Positions 1 through 8,277 of a stretch of 64,000 nucleotides of DNA are shown one piece after another. The DNA comes from Gammaproteobacteria bacterium. Lineage in GTDB: Bacteria; Pseudomonadota; Gammaproteobacteria; SZUA-152. Each line of letters begins with the position of its first letter. Positions within the stretch are counted from its first letter, which is position 1. A model generated the notes under the pieces. The model worked only from the letters and a program-made list of their open reading frames with translations, searched no databases and was not told where the DNA came from. Location: NCBI GenBank assembly GCA_021647705.1, contig JAKIUF010000007.1, positions 76,751 through 140,750 on the forward strand, written 5' to 3'. Position numbers and translations under genes: made by a program.

Positions 1-54
1 TGCTTTCGCCTGACGGACACTATTGGCTAATTTAGAACCCAGTTCTTTTGTCAT
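1..54 (-). CDS. mcdB: Probable carboxysome positioning protein McdB, N-terminal fragment (runs off window edge)
   Basis: ATG at 54 overlaps the mcdA stop (ATGA) and reads MTKELGSKLANSVRQAKA, open to position 1. Lies directly downstream of a ParA-type ATPase in a cso locus. Not in the ORF track. Confidence 0.7.
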   Translation of the reverse strand, partial: MTKELGSKLANSVRQAKA

Positions 55-689
55 GATGTCAATATCTCCTCGATGAGAAACTCCACTTCCTGAACCGCAG
101 ATTCCCCACGCTTCCCCATACAATATACACTTAAACCTTCTAAGGCTGAATTTCGATACACCGCACGCCTTCGCAAACAACTCTGTAGGGTGGGCATATC
201 AAATTCCGCCAATGCCTGGCTCATGCTTCTGGACATCGCACTCCGCAACTCTAACTGATTGATCAGTATATATGCCTGCAATCGGGAGTTGCTGATTTTA
301 ATCTGATCAATGGCATCCGTCAGCCGAACACTCGCCCACAAATCAACGGGGGAAGGCAATATTGGAACGAACACTTTATCGGAGATGCTCATTGCCGACT
401 GAGCAACCCCGGTTTCAAGCGTCGGCGGACAATCAATAACCAAATATTGATAATCCTGACGCATGCGGCTGACTTCTCTCGCCAGATTGCTCGCCACCGA
501 AATGACCGAAACAGGAAAAGGGCGCTCATCTGTCGATAATCCAGCCCACTGCCCAGCCGAGCCTTGCGGATCGGCATCAATAATGAGGGTTCGACCACGC
601 CGGGAAAACCCCGCAGCAAGATTCATACTGAGCGTCGTTTTACCCGTACCCCCTTTTTGATTCGCGACCGAAAAAACCTGCGCCAACAT
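51..689 (-). CDS. mcdA: ParA/MinD-family ATPase, carboxysome positioning McdA
   Basis: Deviant Walker A QKGGTGKTT, DADPQGS and VIDCPP motifs; 212 aa; carboxysome locus context. Confidence 0.85.
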   Translation of the reverse strand: MLAQVFSVANQKGGTGKTTLSMNLAAGFSRRGRTLIIDADPQGSAGQWAGLSTDERPFPVSVISVASNLAREVSRMRQDYQYLVIDCPPTLETGVAQSAMSISDKVFVPILPSPVDLWASVRLTDAIDQIKISNSRLQAYILINQLELRSAMSRSMSQALAEFDMPTLQSCLRRRAVYRNSALEGLSVYCMGKRGESAVQEVEFLIEEILTS

Positions 690-732
690 AGTAAATACCT
701 TTCCTCAAATAACAGCGACCCCACACTCTGCT

Positions 733-3003
733 TTACTTTTTAATCAACTCGACACAAGAATGATTAAAGGTTTCTGCCAAAGAAAACAACAATGCGACAT
801 CATCCGCATTGGCAAGTGCATGGTCTTTTCTGAACGCCAGCATAACACCCTTGCGTACTTCCAGATAGAAATCGTCATGCTTTACAATAAACGCGATAAG
901 TTTTGGCGAAATATAGGATAAGGGATCAGCACCTTCTTTTGCATAAAGACGATATTTTCCAGCAAGGTCATTGCCATCAGGCAACGCGACCTCTTCATAA
1001 TCAACCAGATAACGCTCCAGATAATGTCCCGGAGTAATCACCATATCTGGCACATCGACACCAGAATCCGTAGGGCAACGCACAGTGATGATCGTATGCC
1101 AGTGCCTGGAGTAATAATTCGGTGCAGACGTATGACTGTAATCGTACAGACGAACACGACTGCCCCAATATTCACCTGACAGGATATTACACTCTTCCTT
1201 GTCTGCACCACGACGCAGATATACGAAGTCTTCTGCATTTAATATGCTTTTTGACTCCGGCCGAAAGTCCAGGCTGTATTGCTCGGCCAAGCGCTCCATT
1301 TGTATTTCTCTATCGCTACGCTGCACCTGCTCTTTAATCAGAATAGTATCTTGCATACGGGCCGCCAGTGCATGTCGCGTAAACGGAATAAAGTTTTCGA
1401 CCCCCAGCAGCTCAAAGGCACGACCATCGCGCACGCACTCTTCTTCAAATTGATGCAGATATTCCATGGCAGTATGGTCAATGATCCGCCCTGATTCAGT
1501 AATAATCACCGTCACGCCGACCTTGGGTGGCAAATTGGCGAGCAACTTATCCAAAGATAAAAGGTTGAAACAAACCAGTGAAGATAAGGTCATTTCGTAA
1601 TGAGCGATGCCTTCTCTTTCCTGCTCCTTGACGTTGATGACCGGCGTTTTAAACAAACTTCTCAGGTTATCCCAAAGCAGACTAAGCCCTTGTTTAAAAC
1701 TCAGGCGTCCTGTTAACACAAAACGAAACGATGGCATCAACAGATACAGCAATATCAGAACTTCTGCGGCCACACCAATCAGAATACCGGAAAGAAGATC
1801 TGTGCCGAGAATGGCAACAACAGTAACAACGAAGATGACAATCTGGTCACGACCAATAGCATAGGTTTTGGTGAAAACCTTGTATTCACACAATTTCCAG
1901 CCGACATAAATCAGGATCGCTGCAATCGCTGCCAGCGGGACCATCGCGATAATATCCGTGACAAAAAACAGGAATATCAGCAAAAACATCGCATTATAAA
2001 AATTTGCCCATAGCGTCCGTCCACCAGCATCGATATTGGTACGGCTTTTTATCCCACCCGGGATAATCGTCAACCCGCCAAAAATACTCGACATCGAATT
2101 GGATATTCCCATGGCCCGCAACGTGACGTTCGGGTCTGACTTGCGCTGGAATGGATCAATTTTATCGACCGCCTTGATCGTCGCCAATGACTCAACACCA
2201 TCAATCAGTGTCAGAGTAATCACGACAACCAACACACCCCACCACAGCTCCGGTCGTGAAAACACTTCACCAAAGGCCGGAAAGGTAATACCGTCTGCCA
2301 TGATGTTATCCGGCATAGTGATCAAATACTTTGCGTCAAGGCCGAATGCAGAGCCCAACAAGATGCCGAGTACCGTCACAAGCAATGGTGGTGGCACTTT
2401 ACGCATCCACTCATGCTTCGATTTACTCAGGTAAAAAACAAGGAACAGACTTAACCCGCCAATAACCAGGACACCCCAGTCTATCTGCAACAGAGCCTGT
2501 GGCAGCTTTGCAACCGATGCCAACATGGTTTCCGAAGCCGGTAATATCGCTCCCATCAAGGGCGGGATTTGTTTGATGATAATAATCAGACCGATGGCAG
2601 CAAGCATCGCTTCGACCACCGTCACAGGCAAAAAGATGGCATAACGACCTGTCTTGAAAAAAGCTAACACTATCTGCACTAACCCGGTGATACAGATGGC
2701 CACCAGAAGCAGAGGATAACCGGCTGCAAGGTCACCACCACCCAACATCAACATTCCTGCTAAAAGTGCAGGAGCCAAACCGGCAGCGGGCCCACTAATG
2801 GTGACATAAGCCCCTCCCAGGAAAGGAAAGATAAGGCCGGCAATAATCGCAGAAATCAATCCCGTCACGGGCGGCGCACCGGACGCAATAGCAATTCCCA
2901 GTGATAGAGGCAATGAAACAAGCGCTACTTGCATGCCTGCCAATAAATCGTAACGCCAGTGTTTTAAACCTTTAATGCCATTCTGTGGAGCTTCAGTCAT
3001 CAC
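733..3003 (-). CDS. SulP/SLC26 anion transporter (probable bicarbonate transporter) with STAS-like domain and extra C-terminal domain
   Basis: DLLAG..VALVSLPLSLGIAIASG, ISGPAAGL, ESLAT..AVDK.DP and NIDAGGRT motifs; STAS-like IIDHTAME; about 200 extra C-terminal residues. Confidence 0.88.
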   Translation of the reverse strand: MMTEAPQNGIKGLKHWRYDLLAGMQVALVSLPLSLGIAIASGAPPVTGLISAIIAGLIFPFLGGAYVTISGPAAGLAPALLAGMLMLGGGDLAAGYPLLLVAICITGLVQIVLAFFKTGRYAIFLPVTVVEAMLAAIGLIIIIKQIPPLMGAILPASETMLASVAKLPQALLQIDWGVLVIGGLSLFLVFYLSKSKHEWMRKVPPPLLVTVLGILLGSAFGLDAKYLITMPDNIMADGITFPAFGEVFSRPELWWGVLVVVITLTLIDGVESLATIKAVDKIDPFQRKSDPNVTLRAMGISNSMSSIFGGLTIIPGGIKSRTNIDAGGRTLWANFYNAMFLLIFLFFVTDIIAMVPLAAIAAILIYVGWKLCEYKVFTKTYAIGRDQIVIFVVTVVAILGTDLLSGILIGVAAEVLILLYLLMPSFRFVLTGRLSFKQGLSLLWDNLRSLFKTPVINVKEQEREGIAHYEMTLSSLVCFNLLSLDKLLANLPPKVGVTVIITESGRIIDHTAMEYLHQFEEECVRDGRAFELLGVENFIPFTRHALAARMQDTILIKEQVQRSDREIQMERLAEQYSLDFRPESKSILNAEDFVYLRRGADKEECNILSGEYWGSRVRLYDYSHTSAPNYYSRHWHTIITVRCPTDSGVDVPDMVITPGHYLERYLVDYEEVALPDGNDLAGKYRLYAKEGADPLSYISPKLIAFIVKHDDFYLEVRKGVMLAFRKDHALANADDVALLFSLAETFNHSCVELIKK

Positions 3004-3500
3004 ACTTACACCTCAACATTTGTTTAGCCTGGGTAGTGCCCGGGAATAAATACGCAATAACTTCCCGGCTTCCATTTCATCTTCAGCCCGTCTTAGCCTA
3101 AAGCACTTAGTGTCGCCTACAGAGCACCTACTTTTTGGTGGCGTCCATTCTTCAATCACAAAATCTCGAAGCCGAACAACTATTCCTTACTGTTGTACCC
3201 CACCCACCAATACTGCATTTATCATTAATACAAACACATTCGACAACCTTGAGTACCCGGATCTGCCTCACCAACACAAACGCGCATTGGCTTAATAAAA
3301 ACCGGTAATGCGCAAAGACAGCGCGCACCAAAGCCTGTGACTGAAAACCGTAAAACCAAGCCTATCGGGTTTAGACAGAAATGGGGCATTCGGATATTCA
3401 ATGGCAAGCATTGCCAATCATCGATGTCCCTCCGCTAGCCTAGGCTCAGAGGAAAGAATGGTGACCTGACCCATGAAGCCATGGAGTAAAATCGCAAACA

Positions 3501-3570
3501 ACTATACCAGACAGACAAAAACATAGGCAATAATCAATAGCCTTCATTTGTTTTCTGAATATACACCTAT
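3501..3570. promoter_or_regulatory. Putative sigma70 promoter for sulP (minus strand TTGCCT-N18-TATAGT, extended -10 TG) with two inverted LysR-type boxes
   Basis: ATAGGCAATAATCAA at 3523-3537 and TGAATATACACCTAT at 3556-3570 are approximate mirror images. -10 at 3501-3506, -35 at 3525-3530. Confidence 0.45.
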
Positions 3571-3671
3571 AAAAAATTAGCGTAATGTGGCAATCTTCAC
3601 TGATCTTACGGGTTACCGTCCAAGCTTCAATTGAGCGGAAAAACGAAATAAAGCAGACTTAAAACACCATC

Positions 3672-4244
3672 ATGCACCGCGAAAAGCTTTTACAACTGCT
3701 TAAAAATTACAAAACCCCTTTTCTCGAAGAATCAGCGATGCTGGAACGTACCCGGCGGTTTGTCAGCGCACACGAAGACTGTTTTGACAGGGAGCTTATG
3801 CCAGGTCATGTCACCGGTTCCTCGTGGGTCATCAATCCTAGCCGGGATCATGCGCTCATGTTGCACCATCGCAAACTCGACCTGTGGTTACAGCCTGGCG
3901 GACACGCAGATGGTGATGCTGACATACACAACGTGGTCATAAAAGAGACCTCGGAAGAGTCAGGCATTGAAATGGAACAGATTAAACTACTGAGTCACGA
4001 TATTTTTGACATTGACATACATACCATTTACGCGAGTCAGCACGACCATCGACACGAACATTATGATATACGTTTCTTGCTGGAGATTGACGACCGTTTA
4101 CCTGTTCCGGGCAACAATGAATCACATCAAATAGGCTGGATACCTCTGGCACACATACCGAGCTTCAACAATTATCGCTCTATTTATCGCATGATACGCA
4201 AAACACGCCAGTATTACTCTCCCGCATCAATGTCATTAAGTTAG
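3672..4244 (+). CDS. NUDIX hydrolase
   Basis: GHVTGSSW, HHRKLDLWLQPGGHADG, Nudix box KETSEESGI, and HEHYDIRF. Confidence 0.9.
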   Translation: MHREKLLQLLKNYKTPFLEESAMLERTRRFVSAHEDCFDRELMPGHVTGSSWVINPSRDHALMLHHRKLDLWLQPGGHADGDADIHNVVIKETSEESGIEMEQIKLLSHDIFDIDIHTIYASQHDHRHEHYDIRFLLEIDDRLPVPGNNESHQIGWIPLAHIPSFNNYRSIYRMIRKTRQYYSPASMSLS

Positions 4245-4254
4245 CAAAAAACGG

Positions 4255-4289
4255 CGTACCGTAGGTTCGCAAGCTCACCACCAACCTAC
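4255..4289. repeat. Collapsed REP/REPIN copy (same family as 48182-48255)
   Basis: GGTTCGCAAGCTCACCACCAACCTAC is identical to the right arm of the 48.2 kb REPIN; the GTACCGTAGGTT flank is also shared. Confidence 0.75.
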
Positions 4290-4410
4290 AACAAGCCGAA
4301 AGTTTGGCTTAACTTAATGACATTGCCTCCCGCATCTTAAGCCAAGAAGTATCAATAAACACGCTTAACGCATAAACATCGAATAAATCAACGACGTCGA
4401 TCGAGCAACG

Positions 4411-5025
4411 TTACACGCCACTTAAGCTTTGCACCGCATGTATTGCAGCATGCGCGGCCACATCGATATCCGCTTCTTTTCCTGCCAGCGTCAAACGTCC
4501 GTAAGCGCCCACCGCACGGGCATCGACCAGCGTTATATTGGAGGCTTTCTCAGCTTCATTGGCCGCATAAACGATATAACCAGCAGGCTCTGTTTCGAGA
4601 ATAAACATACTCTGTCCGGGCAATATCATCGATCCCCGGCGGTCCTGACGATTGATTAACACGGCATGATCCGGGGTAATCGCCCGCACCGTTTCACTCC
4701 AGGCAACACGACATTTCTGTCGTTCATCTTCCGTTGTGCGCAGCGAATGCAATATAGCCCGACCTGCCTCAATAACATCACTCTGATCACGATGGTGAAA
4801 CACCATGGAACCAAATGCCCTCTCGACAACCTGCTGTCCAAGATGAACGCGCGTCGCCTTTAACGCCACATCGGTCAAACGGTGTATCGCCATGCCGGGT
4901 GCTACTTCCATCCACAAACAGGCATCACCGGGCACAGGCAGAAAACCTTGAGACACAGTCGCCATATACGCCGCTAGCTGTGGCTGCAACGAGTCAATAA
5001 AAACATAGGTTCGCAGTTTAATCAT
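4411..5025 (-). CDS. csoS1D: Tandem-BMC-domain carboxysome shell protein CsoS1D
   Basis: [49 protein letters not shown] and GAYGRL motifs of CsoS1D/CcmP. Confidence 0.93.
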   Translation of the reverse strand: MIKLRTYVFIDSLQPQLAAYMATVSQGFLPVPGDACLWMEVAPGMAIHRLTDVALKATRVHLGQQVVERAFGSMVFHHRDQSDVIEAGRAILHSLRTTEDERQKCRVAWSETVRAITPDHAVLINRQDRRGSMILPGQSMFILETEPAGYIVYAANEAEKASNITLVDARAVGAYGRLTLAGKEADIDVAAHAAIHAVQSLSGV

Positions 5026-5034
5026 TATATAACT

Positions 5035-6054
5035 TCATAAGTTGGCAACACGATCACGATGCCTTGTGGAAAATTCTTCATACAAATCGTGCATACGCTG
5101 ACGAATTGATGGTTCACTTTTTTCTGCAAACTCAAGAAATGTCCTGGCAATCAGTGACAGCTCCTTCCCTTTCAAATGCACAAGATACCAATTACGCTCT
5201 ATGGGAAACCCTTCAACATCTAACAAATCAACAGGCCCATTGGTACCTTCTAAGCAGAGCGTATGCAAAGACAATATAGCGACACCCAGACCACCAACAA
5301 CAGCGTGCTTTATTGCCTCGTTACTGCCAAGCTCCATGCGCACATTAGGTACAAGCCCATGCTGTGCAAACAGCTTCATCGCAGTATCACGAATCCCCGA
5401 ACCCACTTCCCTGGAGATAAAAGGCTCTTCAGCCAGTCTTTCAATACTGATGTTTGATTCTTTACATAACGGATGATCCTGGGAAGCCATAACAACCAGG
5501 GGGTTAGGTGCAAACAGCAATGTTTCAAGGTCCTGCCCCGTACCAGGAGGCCGACCAAGAATATACAAATCATCTTCGTTATTATAAATACGCTCAAATA
5601 TCCGCTCTCTGTTCGTCACTTTTAACGAAACATCAACGCCGGGATACAACCTGCAAAATTCACCCAGGATTTCAGGTGTAAAATATTTCGCCGTACTGAC
5701 GACCGCCAGACGCAACCTGCCACTACGCAGACCTTTAATTTCCGCAATACGACTATCCAGGTCAGAAAGACTGTCAAAAATATCTCTGACGGCCTGATAT
5801 AACTTTTCACCCGCCTCAGTCGCTTTGATCTGACGACCTGCCTGATCAATCAACGGCAGCTCCATCACATCCGTCAATTTTTTTAATTGTATGGAGACAG
5901 TGGGCTGGGTGATATGCAGCTCTTCCGCAGCACGGGTAAAACTGCCCAGCCTGACAATGGCTTCAAATATTTGCATCTGCCTGAATGTCGTATGACGAAT
6001 CAGGTAGTCTGGCAAACCACCTTTGAATCTCGACATACTGTAATTCGACATCAT
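5035..6054 (-). CDS. cbbR: LysR-family regulator, CbbR/CmpR type
   Basis: HTH SFTRAAEELHITQPTVSIQ; VVSTAKYF, REVGSGIR and ELGSNEAIKHAV motifs typical of CbbR. Confidence 0.88.
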   Translation of the reverse strand: MMSNYSMSRFKGGLPDYLIRHTTFRQMQIFEAIVRLGSFTRAAEELHITQPTVSIQLKKLTDVMELPLIDQAGRQIKATEAGEKLYQAVRDIFDSLSDLDSRIAEIKGLRSGRLRLAVVSTAKYFTPEILGEFCRLYPGVDVSLKVTNRERIFERIYNNEDDLYILGRPPGTGQDLETLLFAPNPLVVMASQDHPLCKESNISIERLAEEPFISREVGSGIRDTAMKLFAQHGLVPNVRMELGSNEAIKHAVVGGLGVAILSLHTLCLEGTNGPVDLLDVEGFPIERNWYLVHLKGKELSLIARTFLEFAEKSEPSIRQRMHDLYEEFSTRHRDRVANL

Positions 6055-6084
6055 GCGTTTCCGATTTTAAATACTACAAAAAAT

Positions 6085-6236
6085 GTAACTACTCAGTCTG
6101 AGCTTAAAAATGTACAGTAACTGCTCAGATTGCCTTTGATTTGTTCGAGAACAAGGAAAAAGCGCGGAGTTTACAGGTGTAAATGAGCACTTTTGACGCA
6201 GTAATCGGGCAAATCAAAGGCAATCTGAGTAGTTAC
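6085..6236. mobile_element. 152-bp MITE with terminal inverted repeats and 8-bp target-site duplication
   Basis: TIRs GTAACTACTCAG/CTGAGTAGTTAC. An inner 27-bp IR arm starts at 6117. CAAAAAAT occurs at both 6077-6084 and 6237-6244. Confidence 0.8.
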
Positions 6237-6264
6237 CAAAAAATCGTGCTTTCAAGCGCATGAT

Positions 6265-6573
6265 TCAGTTAAATTTATCAGGTGAAATCACCTGAACATC
6301 ACTAATATAAGTCGTAAGGTGATACCCTTTTTTGAGCTTACGCTCAATGCTTTCCAAAATAGGCTCCATCCGTTTTTCTGACACAATAACCGTCACCAGT
6401 ATATTGGAGTCAAAACCACTGATATCAGCCTCATAACCAGACGACCCTTCGCCTCGCGCACGCAGAATGGTGAAGCCACTCACACCATATTTTTTGAACA
6501 TGGATACAAGCCTGTCTTCCATAGAGGATATGGTAATAATGCTTAAAAGCTTTTCTGGATATAATGTAATCAT
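6265..6573 (-). CDS. sbtB: PII-like regulator SbtB
   Basis: GVSGFTI..ARGEGS PII-like motif; 102 aa; directly downstream of sbtA. Confidence 0.88.
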   Translation of the reverse strand: MITLYPEKLLSIITISSMEDRLVSMFKKYGVSGFTILRARGEGSSGYEADISGFDSNILVTVIVSEKRMEPILESIERKLKKGYHLTTYISDVQVISPDKFN

Positions 6574-6605
6574 ACTTATTTGCTCCTCAGTGGTTTAGAT
6601 CGAAC

Positions 6606-7631
6606 CTATGCAGCAGCCATCATCTTCACGAGGCTATGATACAAAGGGATACCAATAAGTACATTGAAAGGAAAGGTAATACCAAGAGACAAAGTAAGAT
6701 AATACGAGGGATTAGCTTCGGGCACGGCCAGTCGCATAGCCGGCGGCACAGCAATATAAGATGCACTGGCAGCCAGAACAGCAACCAATGTTGCTCCGCC
6801 AACACTGAAGCCAAGCATTGAATGACCGATAAAAGCCCCTGCTACTCCCCCCACCAATGGCATGACAATACCGAATGCCGCCAGGACAAGTCCAACCTTC
6901 TTGAAGTCACCAATACGACGGGCAGCGACCATTCCCATCTCGAACAAAAACAAACACAGCACCCCCATGAAAATATCATCGATAAAGGGGAAAAGCTTGC
7001 TCATTCCCGACGGTGTCGAGATCGCGCCAATAATCATCGAACCGATCAGGATAACAACACTGCCGTTCGTAAATGCATCACGTAATAAGGATCCAAAACC
7101 ACTTTCTGAGGTATTATCAACGGGTGTACTAGGCACAACAGCACCCGCAGAAGGCACATTACTTAAGGACTGGGAGCGCCTTGCTTTCGCAGCAAGCAAC
7201 AAACCGACCACGATCGCCGGTGATTCCATAACAGCCAGCATAATCATAGGGTAGCTTTCGTAAGTCACCCCGATATTATCCAGGTAGGCGATGGCTGTCA
7301 GAAAAGTACCCGCACTCACTGAACCATAATGAGCCGAGATCGCAGCAGCATCCATCGGATTAACTTTTCGGGTTGCGACAAGGGATAAATATCCAATAAT
7401 CGGTAATACAAAACCAAGAACCAGCGCCCAAATTATCGAGGTAAGCGCTATCACCATATCCGACTTGGCTAATTCATAACCACCATGCAAGCCAATAGCC
7501 ATCAGCAAGTAGATCGACAAAACTTTTGCCAGATCCGGGGGAAAACGTAAATCTGATTTTATGACGCGCGCGATAAAACCTAACGCAAAAAACAAGACTG
7601 CGGGCAATAATAAACTTTCCAGACTCGGCAT
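6606..7631 (-). CDS. sbtA: Sodium-dependent bicarbonate transporter SbtA family
   Basis: KSDL, YLLMAIGLHGG, HYGSVSAGTF, MESPAI, ASASYIAVP and SLGITFPFN motifs. Confidence 0.93.
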   Translation of the reverse strand: MPSLESLLLPAVLFFALGFIARVIKSDLRFPPDLAKVLSIYLLMAIGLHGGYELAKSDMVIALTSIIWALVLGFVLPIIGYLSLVATRKVNPMDAAAISAHYGSVSAGTFLTAIAYLDNIGVTYESYPMIMLAVMESPAIVVGLLLAAKARRSQSLSNVPSAGAVVPSTPVDNTSESGFGSLLRDAFTNGSVVILIGSMIIGAISTPSGMSKLFPFIDDIFMGVLCLFLFEMGMVAARRIGDFKKVGLVLAAFGIVMPLVGGVAGAFIGHSMLGFSVGGATLVAVLAASASYIAVPPAMRLAVPEANPSYYLTLSLGITFPFNVLIGIPLYHSLVKMMAAA

Positions 7632-7784
7632 TTTATCCCTTCGCAGGTTTCCACCGTGACAAAACAGACATCCGCCCTTTAAATCACGATGACAATTTAA
7701 AGCTACAAATTTTAATTAATATTTCAACCGTTTGTATCGTTCTAAATTCAACAAGAACCATACTAAAAATAAACTATCAACTGA

Positions 7785-7955
7785 TTAATCAGGCCAAACT
7801 CTGTGCGATACAAACACTCGTGGCTTTTCTTCAATCTTCTTTTCTTCGTTCGTTGCTGCTTTTTTACTGACAGCAGCTGCGCCAGCATTTCTTACGCCAG
7901 CAGTCGTATCTTTAGGTTTACCCACACTGGAAACCTGTTTTTTACGCGTAGTCAT
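7785..7955 (-). CDS. 56-aa McdB-like protein ending in RVWPD
   Basis: MTTRKKQVSSVGKPKDTTAGVRNAGAAAVSKKAATNEEKKIEEKPRVFVSHRVWPD; AAGGA RBS; below the ORF-track cutoff; VWPD terminus is characteristic of alpha-McdB. Confidence 0.85.
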   Translation of the reverse strand: MTTRKKQVSSVGKPKDTTAGVRNAGAAAVSKKAATNEEKKIEEKPRVFVSHRVWPD

Positions 7956-7978
7956 AACTCATCCTTACGGTAATACTT

Positions 7979-8248
7979 TTAATCAATGCTCTGCTTTGCA
8001 TCAGGTATGAGCTGATCCACTTGAGTCGCATAACGCAACATGTCTTCACTCACTTCATCCACATCATTTTCAGAGCGAAGCGTAATAGAGACATGGGTTC
8101 GACCAAAACTCATATCAGGATAATAGCCTTCACTTTCGGACAACTCAGCGACCCGCTCCAAAAAATCACGGGTCTGTTGATAATCAGAAAACTCGATACG
8201 CCGCTCAAGCTGAGCCGGTTTTTTACGTGTAAACCAGTCCGAACTCAT
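7979..8248 (-). CDS. Pterin-carbinolamine-dehydratase-like Rubisco assembly factor (acRAF)
   Basis: WFTRKKPAQLERRIEFSDYQQTRDFL..SE.EGYYPDMSFGRTHV; start at 8248 with GGGAGG RBS. Confidence 0.88.
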   Translation of the reverse strand: MSSDWFTRKKPAQLERRIEFSDYQQTRDFLERVAELSESEGYYPDMSFGRTHVSITLRSENDVDEVSEDMLRYATQVDQLIPDAKQSID

Positions 8249-8277
8249 AACAACCTCCCTAGGTAAAAGGTCAACAT

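Noticed and set aside
3455-3490. GGGTCAGGTCACC resemblance to the 3' part of the nhaA-I riboswitch
   Set aside because: The expected upstream GGGUG/CAGG elements were not found, so it is kept only as an unassigned leader.
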